64,000 nucleotides of DNA from Eledone cirrhosa (Eukaryota), in assembly GCA_964016885.1 (NCBI GenBank), contig OZ024742.1, positions 198,958,001 to 199,022,000 on the forward strand. The letters run 5' to 3'. The position numbers and the translations under genes were made by a program. Under the pieces are notes generated by a model, which saw only the letters and a list, made by a program, of their open reading frames with translations, was not told the DNA's origin and did not search any database. Positions 29,230 through 43,228 of the stretch are shown here, piece after piece (the first letter of the stretch is position 1; the number at the start of each line of letters is the position of its first letter).

Positions 29230-32200
29230 TTACTCCTGCCACAACTGACCACAACATATTAAATGTAGTGTTTACTCCTGCCACAACTGACCCCAACATA
29301 TTAAATGTAGTGTTTACTCCTGCCACAACTGACCCCAACATATTAAATATAGTGTTTACTCCTGCCACAACTGACCACAACATATTAAATGTAGTGTTTA
29401 CTCCTGTCACAACTGACCACAACATATTAAATGTAGTGTTTACTCCTGCCACAACTGACCCCAACATATTAAATGTAGTGTTTACTCCTGCCACAACTGA
29501 CCCCAACATATTAAATGTAGTGTTTACTCCTGCCACAACTGACCCCAACATATTAAATGTAGTGTTTACTCCTGCCACAACTGACCACAACATATTATAT
29601 GTAGTGTTTACTCCTGCCACAACTGACCACAACATATTAAATGTAGTGTTTACTCCTGCCACAACTGACCCCAACATATTAAATGTAGTGTTTACTCCTG
29701 CCACAACTGACCCCGACATATTAAATGTAGTGTTTACTACTGCCACAACTGACCCCAACATATTAAATGTAGTGTTTACTCCTGCCACAACTGACCCCAA
29801 CATATTAAATGTAGTGTTTACTCCTACCACAACTGACCACAACATATTAAATGTAGTGTTTACTCCTGCCACAAGTGACCACAACATATTAAATGTAGTG
29901 TTTACTCCTGCCACAACTGACCCCGACATATTAAATGTAGTGTTTACTACTGCCACAACTGACCACAACATATTAAATGTAGTGTTTACTCCTGCCACAA
30001 CTGACCACAACATATTAAATGTAGTGTTTACTCCTGCCACAACTGACCACAACATATTAAATGTAGTGTTTACTCCTGCCACAACTGACCCCAACATATT
30101 AAATGTAGTGTTTACTCCTGCCACAACTGACCACAACATATTAAATGTAGTGTTTACTCCTGCCACAACTGACCACAACATATTAAATGTAGTGTTTACT
30201 CCTGCCACAACTGACCACAACATATTAAATGTAGTGTTTACTCCTGCCACAACTGACCACAACATATTAAATGTAGTGTTTACTCCTGCCACAACTGACC
30301 CCGACATATTAAATGTAGTGTTTACTACTGCCACAACTGACCACAACATATTAAATGTAGTGTTTACTCCTGCCACAACTGACCACAACATATTAAATGT
30401 AGTGTTTACTCCTGCCACAACTGACCACAACATATTAAATGTAGTGTTTACTCCTGCCACAACTGACCACAACATATTAAATGTAGTGTTTACTCCTGCC
30501 ACAACTGACCACAACATATTAATTGTAGTGTTTACTCCTGCCACAACTGACCACAACATATTAAATGTAGTGTTTACTCCTGCCACAACTGACCACAACA
30601 TATTAAATGTAGTGTTTACCCCTGCCACAACTGACCACAACATATTAAATGTAGTGTTTACTACTGCCACAACTGACCACAACATATTAAATGTAGTGTT
30701 TACTCCTGCCACAACTGACCACAACATATTAAATGTAGTGTTTACCCCTGCCACAACTGACCCCAACATATTAAATGTAGTGTTTACTCCTGCCACAACT
30801 GACCACAACATATTAAATGTAGTGTTTACTCCTGCCACAACTGACCCCGACATATTAAATGTAGTGTTTACTACTGCCACAACTGACCACAACATATTAA
30901 ATGTAGTGTTTACTCCTGCCACAACTGACCACAACATATTAAATGTAGTGTTTACTCCTGCCACAAGTGACCACAACATATTAAATGTAGTGTTTATCCC
31001 TGCCACAACTGACCACAACATATTAAATGTAGTGTTTACTACTGCCACAACTGACCACAACATATTAAATGTAGTGTTTACTCCTGCCACAACTGACCAC
31101 AACATATTAAATGTAGTGTTTACCCCTGCCACAACTGACCCCAACATATTAAATGTAGTGTTTACTCCTGCCACAACTGACCACAACATATTAAATGTAG
31201 TGTTTACTCCTGCCACAACTGACCCCAACATATTAAATGTAGTGTTTACTCCTACCACAACTGACCCCAACATATTAACTGTAGTGTTTACTCCTGCCAC
31301 AACTGACCACAACATATTAAATGTAGTGTTTACTCCTGCCACAACTGACCACAACATATTAAATGTAGTGTTTACCCCTGCCACAACTGACCCCAACATA
31401 TTAAATGTAGTGTTTACTCCTGCCACAACTGACCACAACATATTAAATGTAGTGTTTACTCCTGCCACAACTGACCCCAACATATTAAATGTAGTGTTTA
31501 CTCCTGCCACAACTGACCACAACATATTAAATGTAGTGTTTACTCCTGCCACAACTGACCCCAACATATTAACTGTAGTGTTTACTCCTGCCACAACTGA
31601 CCACAACATATTAAATGTAGTGTTTACTCCTGCCACAACTGACCACAACATATTAAATGTAGTGTTTACCCCTGCCACAACTGACCCCAACATATTAAAT
31701 GTAGTGTTTACTCCTGCCACAACTGACCACAACATATTAAATGTAGTGTTTACTCCTGCCACAACTGACCCCAACATATTAAATGTAGTGTTTACTCCTG
31801 CCACAACTGACCACAACATATTAAATGTAGTGTTTACTCCTGCCACAACTGACCCCAACATATTAACTGTAGTGTTTACTCCTGCCACAACTGACCACAA
31901 CATATTAAATGTAGTGTTTACTCCTGCCACAACTGACCCCAACATATTAAATGTAGTGTTTACCCCTGCCACAACTGACCCCAACATATTAAATGTAGTG
32001 TTTACTCCTGCCACAACTGACCACAACATATTAAATGTAGTGTTTACTCCTGCCACAACTGACCCCAACATATTAACTGTAGTGTTTACTCCTGCCACAA
32101 CTGACCCCAACATATTAAATGTAGTGTTTACTCCTGCCACAACTGACCACAACATATTAAATGTAGTGTTTACTATTGCCACAACTGACAACAACATATT

Positions 32201-35200
32201 AAATGTAGTGTTTACTCCTGCCACAACTGACCCCAACATATTAAATGTAGTGTTTACTCCTGCCACAACTGACCACAACATATTAAATGTAGTGTTTACT
32301 CCTGCCACAACTGACCCCAACATATTAACTGTAGTGTTTACTCCTGCCACAACTGACCACAACATATTAAATGTAGTGTTTACTATTGCCACAACTGACA
32401 ACAACATATTAAATGTAGTGTTTACTCCTGCCACAACTGACCACAACATATTAAATGTAGTGTTTACCCCTGCCACAACTGACCCCAACATATTAAATGT
32501 AGTGTTTACTCCTGCCACAACTGACCACAACATATTAAATGTAGTGTTTACTCCTGCCACAACTGACCCCAACATATTAAATGTAGTGTTTACTCCTACC
32601 ACAACTGACCCCAACATATTAACTGTAGTGTTTACTCCTGCCACAACTGACCACAACATATTAAATGTAGTGTTTACTCCTGCCACAACTGACCACAACA
32701 TATTAAATGTAGTGTTTACCCCTGCCACAACTGACCCCAACATATTAAATGTAGTGTTTACTCCTGCCACAACTGACCACAACATATTAAATGTAGTGTT
32801 TACTCCTGCCACAACTGACCCCAACATATTAAATGTAGTGTTTACTCCTGCCACAACTGACCACAACATATTAAATGTAGTGTTTACTCCTGCCACAACT
32901 GACCCCAACATATTAACTGTAGTGTTTACTCCTGCCACAACTGACCACAACATATTAAATGTAGTGTTTACTCCTGCCACAACTGACCACAACATATTAA
33001 ATGTAGTGTTTACCCCTGCCACAACTGACCCCAACATATTAAATGTAGTGTTTACTCCTGCCACAACTGACCACAACATATTAAATGTAGTGTTTACTCC
33101 TGCCACAACTGACCCCAACATATTAAATGTAGTGTTTACTCCTGCCACAACTGACCACAACATATTAAATGTAGTGTTTACTCCTGCCACAACTGACCCC
33201 AACATATTAACTGTAGTGTTTACTCCTGCCACAACTGACCACAACATATTAAATGTAGTGTTTACTCCTGCCACAACTGACCCCAACATATTAAATGTAG
33301 TGTTTACCCCTGCCACAACTGACCCCAACATATTAAATGTAGTGTTTACTCCTGCCACAACTGACCACAACATATTAAATGTAGTGTTTACTCCTGCCAC
33401 AACTGACCCCAACATATTAACTGTAGTGTTTACTCCTGCCACAACTGACCCCAACATATTAAATGTAGTGTTTACTCCTGCCACAACTGACCACAACATA
33501 TTAAATGTAGTGTTTACTATTGCCACAACTGACAACAACATATTAAATGTAGTGTTTACTCCTGCCACAACTGACCCCAACATATTAAATGTAGTGTTTA
33601 CTCCTGCCACAACTGACCACAACATATTAAATGTAGTGTTTACTCCTGCCACAACTGACCCCAACATATTAACTGTAGTGTTTACTCCTGCCACAACTGA
33701 CCACAACATATTAAATGTAGTGTTTACTATTGCCACAACTGACAACAACATATTAAATGTAGTGTTTACTCCTGCCACAACTGACCCCGACATATTAAAT
33801 GTAGTGTTTACTACTGCCACAACTGACCACAACATATTAACTGTAGTGTTTACTCCTGCCACAACTGACCACAACATATTAACTGTAGTGTTTACTCCTG
33901 CCACAACTGACCACAACATATTAACTGTAGTGTTTACTCCTGCCACAACTGACCACAACATATTAACTGTAGTGTTTACTCCTGCCACAACTGACCCCGA
34001 CATATTAAATGTAGTGTTTACTACTGCCACAACTGACCACAACATATTAAATGTAGTGTTTACTCCTGCCACAACTGACCCCAACATATTAACTGTAGTG
34101 TTTACTCCTGCCACAACTGACCACAACATATTAAATGTAGTGTTTACTATTGCCACAACTGACAACAACATATTAAATGTAGTGTTTACTCCTGCCACAA
34201 CTGACCCCGACATATTAAATGTAGTGTTTACTACTGCCACAACTGACCCCGACATATTAAATGTAGTGTTTATTCCTGCCACAACTGACCACAACATATT
34301 AAATGTAGTGTTTACTCCTGCCACAACTGACCACAACATATTAAATGTAGTGTTTACTCCTGCCACAACTGACCACAACATATTAAATGTAGTGTTTACT
34401 CCTGCCACAACTGACCACAACATATTAAATGTAGTGTTTACTCCTGCCACAACTGACCCCAACATATTAAATGTAGTGTTTACTCCTGCCACAACTGACC
34501 ACAACATATTAAATATAGTGTTTACTCCTGCCACAACTGACCCCAACATATTAAATGTAGTGTTTACTCCTGCCACAACTGACCACAACATATTAAATGT
34601 AGTGTTTACTCCTGCCACAACTGACCCCGACATATTAAATGTAGTGTTTACTCCTGCCACAACTGACCACAACATATTAAATGTAGTGTTTACTCCTGCC
34701 ACAACTAACCACAACATATTAAATGTAGTGTTTACTCCTGCCACAACTGACCACAACATATTAAATGTAGTGTTTACTCCTGCCACAACTGACCCCAACA
34801 TATTAAATGTAGTGTTTACTCCTGCCACAACTGACCCCAACATATTAAATATAGTGTTTACTCCTGCCACAACTGACCACAACATATTAAATGTAGTGTT
34901 TACTCCTGTCACAACTGACCACAACATATTAAATGTAGTGTTTACTCCTGCCACAACTGACCCCAACATATTAAATGTAGTGTTTACTCCTGCCACAACT
35001 GACCCCAACATATTAAATGTAGTGTTTACTCCTGCCACAACTGACCCCAACATATTAAATGTAGTGTTTACTCCTGCCACAACTGACCACAACATATTAT
35101 ATGTAGTGTTTACTCCTGCCACAACTGACCACAACATATTAAATGTAGTGTTTACTCCTGCCACAACTGACCCCAACATATTAAATGTAGTGTTTACTCC

Positions 35201-38200
35201 TGCCACAACTGACCCCGACATATTAAATGTAGTGTTTACTACTGCCACAACTGACCCCAACATATTAAATGTAGTGTTTACTCCTGCCACAACTGACCCC
35301 AACATATTAAATGTAGTGTTTACTCCTACCACAACTGACCACAACATATTAAATGTAGTGTTTACTCCTGCCACAAGTGACCACAACATATTAAATGTAG
35401 TGTTTACTCCTGCCACAACTGACCCCGACATATTAAATGTAGTGTTTACTACTGCCACAACTGACCACAACATATTAAATGTAGTGTTTACTCCTGCCAC
35501 AACTGACCACAACATATTAAATGTAGTGTTTACTCCTGCCACAACTGACCACAACATATTAAATGTAGTGTTTACTCCTGCCACAACTGACCCCAACATA
35601 TTAAATGTAGTGTTTACTCCTGCCACAACTGACCACAACATATTAAATGTAGTGTTTACTCCTGCCACAACTGACCACAACATATTAAATGTAGTGTTTA
35701 CTCCTGCCACAACTGACCACAACATATTAAATGTAGTGTTTACTCCTGCCACAACTGACCACAACATATTAAATGTAGTGTTTACTCCTGCCACAACTGA
35801 CCCCGACATATTAAATGTAGTGTTTACTACTGCCACAACTGACCACAACATATTAAATGTAGTGTTTACTCCTGCCACAACTGACCACAACATATTAAAT
35901 GTAGTGTTTACTCCTGCCACAACTGACCACAACATATTAAATGTAGTGTTTACTCCTGCCACAACTGACCACAACATATTAAATGTAGTGTTTACTCCTG
36001 CCACAACTGACCACAACATATTAATTGTAGTGTTTACTCCTGCCACAACTGACCACAACATATTAAATGTAGTGTTTACTCCTGCCACAACTGACCACAA
36101 CATATTAAATGTAGTGTTTACCCCTGCCACAACTGACCACAACATATTAAATGTAGTGTTTACTACTGCCACAACTGACCACAACATATTAAATGTAGTG
36201 TTTACTCCTGCCACAACTGACCACAACATATTAAATGTAGTGTTTACCCCTGCCACAACTGACCCCAACATATTAAATGTAGTGTTTACTCCTGCCACAA
36301 CTGACCACAACATATTAAATGTAGTGTTTACTCCTGCCACAACTGACCCCGACATATTAAATGTAGTGTTTACTACTGCCACAACTGACCACAACATATT
36401 AAATGTAGTGTTTACTCCTGCCACAACTGACCACAACATATTAAATGTAGTGTTTACTCCTGCCACAAGTGACCACAACATATTAAATGTAGTGTTTATC
36501 CCTGCCACAACTGACCACAACATATTAAATGTAGTGTTTACTACTGCCACAACTGACCACAACATATTAAATGTAGTGTTTACTCCTGCCACAACTGACC
36601 ACAACATATTAAATGTAGTGTTTACCCCTGCCACAACTGACCCCAACATATTAAATGTAGTGTTTACTCCTGCCACAACTGACCACAACATATTAAATGT
36701 AGTGTTTACTCCTGCCACAACTGACCCCAACATATTAAATGTAGTGTTTACTCCTACCACAACTGACCCCAACATATTAACTGTAGTGTTTACTCCTGCC
36801 ACAACTGACCACAACATATTAAATGTAGTGTTTACTCCTGCCACAACTGACCACAACATATTAAATGTAGTGTTTACCCCTGCCACAACTGACCCCAACA
36901 TATTAAATGTAGTGTTTACTCCTGCCACAACTGACCACAACATATTAAATGTAGTGTTTACTCCTGCCACAACTGACCCCAACATATTAAATGTAGTGTT
37001 TACTCCTGCCACAACTGACCACAACATATTAAATGTAGTGTTTACTCCTGCCACAACTGACCCCAACATATTAACTGTAGTGTTTACTCCTGCCACAACT
37101 GACCACAACATATTAAATGTAGTGTTTACTCCTGCCACAACTGACCACAACATATTAAATGTAGTGTTTACCCCTGCCACAACTGACCCCAACATATTAA
37201 ATGTAGTGTTTACTCCTGCCACAACTGACCACAACATATTAAATGTAGTGTTTACTCCTGCCACAACTGACCCCAACATATTAAATGTAGTGTTTACTCC
37301 TGCCACAACTGACCACAACATATTAAATGTAGTGTTTACTCCTGCCACAACTGACCCCAACATATTAACTGTAGTGTTTACTCCTGCCACAACTGACCAC
37401 AACATATTAAATGTAGTGTTTACTCCTGCCACAACTGACCCCAACATATTAAATGTAGTGTTTACCCCTGCCACAACTGACCCCAACATATTAAATGTAG
37501 TGTTTACTCCTGCCACAACTGACCACAACATATTAAATGTAGTGTTTACTCCTGCCACAACTGACCCCAACATATTAACTGTAGTGTTTACTCCTGCCAC
37601 AACTGACCCCAACATATTAAATGTAGTGTTTACTCCTGCCACAACTGACCACAACATATTAAATGTAGTGTTTACTATTGCCACAACTGACAACAACATA
37701 TTAAATGTAGTGTTTACTCCTGCCACAACTGACCCCAACATATTAAATGTAGTGTTTACTCCTGCCACAACTGACCACAACATATTAAATGTAGTGTTTA
37801 CTCCTGCCACAACTGACCCCAACATATTAACTGTAGTGTTTACTCCTGCCACAACTGACCACAACATATTAAATGTAGTGTTTACTATTGCCACAACTGA
37901 CAACAACATATTAAATGTAGTGTTTACTCCTGCCACAACTGACCCCGACATATTAAATGTAGTGTTTACTACTGCCACAACTGACCACAACATATTAACT
38001 GTAGTGTTTACTCCTGCCACAACTGACCACAACATATTAACTGTAGTGTTTACTCCTGCCACAACTGACCACAACATATTAACTGTAGTGTTTACTCCTG
38101 CCACAACTGACCACAACATATTAACTGTAGTGTTTACTCCTGCCACAACTGACCCCGACATATTAAATGTAGTGTTTACTACTGCCACAACTGACCACAA

Positions 38201-38890
38201 CATATTAAATGTAGTGTTTACTCCTGCCACAACTGACCCCAACATATTAACTGTAGTGTTTACTCCTGCCACAACTGACCACAACATATTAAATGTAGTG
38301 TTTACTATTGCCACAACTGACAACAACATATTAAATGTAGTGTTTACTCCTGCTACAACTGACCCCGACATATTAAATGTAGTGTTTACTACTGCCACAA
38401 CTGACCCCGACATATTAAATGTAGTGTTTATTCCTGCCACAACTGACCACAACATATTAAATGTAGTGTTTACTCCTGCCACAACTGACCACAACATATT
38501 AAATGTAGTGTTTACTCCTGCCACAACTGACCACAACATATTAAATGTAGTGTTTACTCCTGCCACAACTGACCACAACATATTAAATGTAGTGTTTACT
38601 CCTGCCACAACTGACCCCAACATATTAAATGTAGTGTTTACTCCTGCCACAACTGACCACAACATATTAAATATAGTGTTTACTCCTGCCACAACTGACC
38701 CCAACATATTAAATGTAGTGTTTACTCCTGCCACAACTGACCACAACATATTAAATGTAGTGTTTACTCCTGCCACAACTGACCCCGACATATTAAATGT
38801 AGTGTTTACTCCTGCCACAACTGACCACAACATATTAAATGTAGTGTTTACTCCTGCCACAACTAACCACAACATATTAAATGTAGTGTT
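29230..38890 (+). repeat. Tandem duplication of a 99-monomer unit (~29230-34730, ~34730-38890); first copy has an extra internal 32-monomer duplication
   Basis: CATATTATAT at 29591/35093 (offset 5502); CCTACC..TTAACT at 31251, 32595 (offset 1344) and 36753; ACAACTAACC at 34701/38859 (offset 4158 = 99x42). Confidence 0.9.
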
Positions 38891-40766
38891 TACTCCTGCC
38901 ACAACTGACCCCAACATATTAAATGTAGTGTTTACTCCTGCCACAACTGACCACAACATATTAAATGTAGTGTTTACTCCTGCCACAACTGACCCCGACA
39001 TATTAAATGTAGTGTTTACTCCTGCCACAACTGACCACAACATATTAAATGTAGTGTTTACTCCTGCCACAACTGACCCCAACATATTAAATGTAGTGTT
39101 TACTCCTGCCACAACTGACCACAACATATTAAATGTAGTGTTTACTCCTGCCACAACTGACCACAACATATTAAATGTAGTGTTTACTCCTGCCACAACT
39201 GACCCCGACATATTAAATATAGTGTTTACTCCTGCCACAACTGACCCCAACATATTAAATGTAGTGTTTACCCCTGCCACAACTGACCACAACATATTAA
39301 ATGTAGTGTTTACTCCTGCCACAACTAACCACAACATATTAAATGTAGTGTTTACTCCTGCCACAACTGACCCCGACATATTAAATATAGTGTTTACTCC
39401 TGCCACAACTAACCACAACATATTAAATGTAGTGTTTACTCCTGCCACAACTGACCACAACATATTAAATGTAGTGTTTACTCCTGCCACAACTGACCAC
39501 AACATATTAAATGTAGTGTTTACTCCTGCCACAACTGACCCCAACATATTAATTGTAGTGTTTACTCCTGCCACAACTGACCCCAACATATTAAATGTAG
39601 TGTTTACTCCTGCCACAACTGACCACAACATATTATATGTAGTGTTTACTCCTGCCACAACTGACCACAACATATTAAATGTAGTGTTTACTCCTGCCAC
39701 AACTGACCCCAACATATTAAATGTAGTGTTTACTCCTGCCACAACTGACCCCGACATATTAAATGTAGTGTTTACTACTGCCACAACTGACCCCAACATA
39801 TTAAATGTAGTGTTTACTCCTGCCACAACTGACCACAACATATTAAATGTAGTGTTTACTCCTGCCACAACTGACCCCAACATATTAAATGTAGTGTTTA
39901 CTCCTGCCACAACTGACCACAACATATTATATGTAGTGTTTACTCCTGCCACAACTGACCACAACATATTAAATGTAGTGTTTACTCCTGCCACAACTGA
40001 CCACAACATATTAAATGTAGTGTTTACTACTGCAACAACTGACCCCAACATATTAAATGTAGTGTTTACTCCTGCCACAACTGACCCCAACATATTAAAT
40101 GTAGTGTTTACTACTGCCACAACTGACCCCAACATATTAAATGTAGTGTTTACTCCTGCCACAACTGACCACAACATATTAAATGTAGTGTTTACTCCTG
40201 CCACAACTGACCACAACATATTAAATGTAGTGTTTACTACTGCCACAACTGACCCCAACATATTAAATGTAGTGTTTACTCCTGCCACAACTGACCCCAA
40301 CATATTAAATGTAGTGTTTACTCCTGCCACAACTGACCACAACATATTAAATGTAGTGTTTACTCCTGCCACAACTGACCACAACATATTAAATGTAGTG
40401 TTTACTCCTGCCACAACTGACCACAACATATTAAATGTAGTGTTTACTCCTGCCACAACTGACCCCAACATATTAAATGTAGTGTTTACTCCTGCCACAA
40501 CTGACCCCGACATATTAAATGTAGTGTTTACTCCTGCCACAACTGACCACAACATATTAAATGTAGTGTTTACTCCAGCCACAACTGACCACAACATATT
40601 AAATGTAGTGTTTACTCCTGCCACAACTGACCACAACATATTAAATGTAGTGTTTACTCCTGCCACAACTGACCACAACATATTAAATGTAGTGTTTACT
40701 ACTGCCACAACTGACCCCAACATATTAAATGTAGTGTTTACCCCTGCCACAACTGACCACAACATA

Positions 40767-40904
40767 TCAAATGTAGTGTTTACTCCCAAGGTTAACTTTG
40801 CCTTTCATCCTTACGGGATCGATAAAATAAAGTACCAGTAATACACTGGGATAATTGCTGGCCTTGTGCCAAAAGTAGAAACAATTAAATGTAGTGTTTA
40901 CTCC
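40767..40904 (+). repeat. Putative ~20-bp target-site duplication around insert 1 (40767-40786 and 40885-40904)
   Basis: Left TCAAATGTAGTGTTTACTCC, right TTAAATGTAGTGTTTACTCC (1 mismatch). The monomer stops at position 20 and restarts at position 1 after the insert. Same at 43111-43130 / 43229-43248. In a tandem array this is formally equivalent to a 22-bp deletion. Confidence 0.55.
40787..40884 (+). mobile_element. 98-bp insert, probable 5'-truncated SINE fragment (Meta/MESC-domain-like, Octopus-type), copy 1
   Basis: Seen: non-array sequence CAAGGTTAACTTTGCCTTTCATCCTTACGGGATCGATAAAATAAAGTACCAGTAATACACTGGGATAATTGCTGGCCTTGTGCCAAAAGTAGAAACAA with an A-rich 3' end and flanking ~20-bp direct repeats. 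Recalled, not searched: GCCTTTCATCCTT..GGG.TCGATAAA..AGTACCAG resembles the conserved central domain of MetaSINEs, and GCTGGCCTTGTGCC resembles the 3' end of an abundant octopus SINE. No tRNA-like head or A/B boxes are visible. Confidence 0.7.
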
Positions 40905-43130
40905 TGCCACAACTGACCACAACATATTAAATGTAGTGTTTACTCCTGCCACAACTGACCACAACATATTAAATGTAGTGTTTACTACTGCCACAACTGA
41001 CCCCAACATATTAAATGCAGTGTTTACTCCTGCTACAACTGACCCCAACATATTAAATGTAGTGTTTACTCCTACTACAACTGACCCCAACATATTAAAT
41101 GTAGTGTTTACTCCTGCCACAACTGACCACAACATATTAAATGTAGTGTTTACTCCTGCCACAACTGACCCCAACATATTAACTGTAGTGTTTACTACTG
41201 CCACAACTGACCACAACATATTAAATGTAGTGTTTACTCCTGCCACAACTGACCACAACATATTAAATATAGTGTTTACTCCTGCCACAACTGACCACAA
41301 CATATTAAATGTAGTGTTTACTACTGCCACAACTGACCACAACATATTAAATGTAGTGTTTACTACTGCCACAACTGACCCCAACATATTAAATGTAGTG
41401 TTTACTCCTGCCACAACTGACCACAACATATTAAATGTAGTGTTTACTCCTGCCACAACTGACCCCGACATATTAAATGTAGTGTTTACTCCTGCCACAA
41501 CTGACCCCAACATATTAAATGTAGTGTTTACTCCTGCCACAACTGACCACACCATATTAAATGTAGTGTTTACTCCTGCCACAACTGACCACAACATATT
41601 AAATATAGTATTTACTCCTGCCACAACTGACCACAACATATTAAATGTAGTGTTTACTCCTGCCACAACTGACCACAACATATTAAATATAGTGTTTACT
41701 CCTGCCACAACTGACCACAACATATTAAATATAGTGTTTACTCCTGCCACAACTGACCACAACATATTAAATGTAGTGTTTACTCCTGCCACAACTGACC
41801 CCGACATATTAAATGTAGTGTTTACTCCTGCCACAACTGACCACAACAAATTAAATGTAGTGTTTACTACTGCCACAACTGACCACAACATATTAAATAT
41901 AGTGTTTACTCCTGCCACAACTGACCACAACATATTAAATGTAGTGTTTACTCCTGCCACAACTGACCCCAACATATTAAATGTAGTTTTTACTCCTGCC
42001 ACAACTGACCACAACATATTAAATGTAGTGTTTACTCCTGCCACAACTGACCACAACATATTAAATATAGTGTTTACTCCTGCCACAACTGACCCCAACA
42101 TATTAAATGTAGTTTTTACTCCTGCCACAACTGACCACAACATATTAAATGTAGTGTTTACTCCTGCCACAACTGACCACAACATATTAAATGTAGTGTT
42201 TACTACTGCCACAACTGACCACAACATATTAAATATAGTGTTTACTCCTGCCACAACTGACCCCAACATATTAAATGTAGTTTTTACTCCTGCCACAACT
42301 GACCCCAACATATTAAATGTAGTGTTTACTCCTGCCACAACTGACCACAACATATTAAATGTAGTGTTTACTACTGCAACAACTGACCCCAACATATTAA
42401 ATGTAGTGTTTACTCCTGCCACAACTGACCCCGACATATTAAATGTAGTGTTTACTACTGCCACAACTGACCCCAACATATTAAATGTAGTGTTTACTCC
42501 TGCCACAACTGACCACAACATATTAAATGTAGTGTTTACTCCTGCCACAACTGACCACAACATATTAAATGTAGTGTTTACTACTGCCACAACTGACCCC
42601 AACATATTAAATGTAGTGTTTACTCCTGCCACAACTGACCCCAACATATTAAATGTAGTGTTTACTCCTGCCACAACTGACCACAACATATTAAATGTAG
42701 TGTTTACTCCTGCCACAACTGACCACAACATATTAAATGTAGTGTTTACTCCTGCCACAACTGACCACAACATATTAAATGTAGTGTTTACTCCTGCCAC
42801 AACTGACCCCAACATATTAAATGTAGTGTTTACTCCTGCCACAACTGACCCCGACATATTAAATGTAGTGTTTACTCCTGCCACAACTGACCACAACATA
42901 TTAAATGTAGTGTTTACTCCAGCCACAACTGACCACAACATATTAAATGTAGTGTTTACTCCTGCCACAACTGACCACAACATATTAAATGTAGTGTTTA
43001 CTCCTGCCACAACTGACCACAACATATTAAATGTAGTGTTTACTACTGCCACAACTGACCCCAACATATTAAATGTAGTGTTTACCCCTGCCACAACTGA
43101 CCACAACATATCAAATGTAGTGTTTACTCC

Positions 43131-43228
43131 CAAGGTTAACTTTGCCTTTCATCCTTACGGGATCGATAAAATAAAGTACCAGTAATACACTGGGATAATT
43201 GCTGGCCTTGTGCCAAAAGTAGAAACAA
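43131..43228 (+). mobile_element. 98-bp insert, probable SINE fragment, copy 2 (made by array duplication)
   Basis: Identical by eye to 40787-40884, same junctions and same private flanking variants; offset 2344 bp = 53 monomers + 118 bp. Confidence 0.7.

Noticed and set aside
40767-40890. Unique peptide tails KVNFAFHPYGIDKIKYQ (+) and CFYFWHKASNYPSVLLVLYFIDPVRMKGKVNLGSKHYI (-) as real protein termini
   Set aside because: They are simple read-through into the insert, with no recognisable domain.
43131-43228. Independent second insertion implying a sequence-specific, satellite-targeting element
   Set aside because: Identical junctions and shared private flanking variants show one insertion later duplicated.
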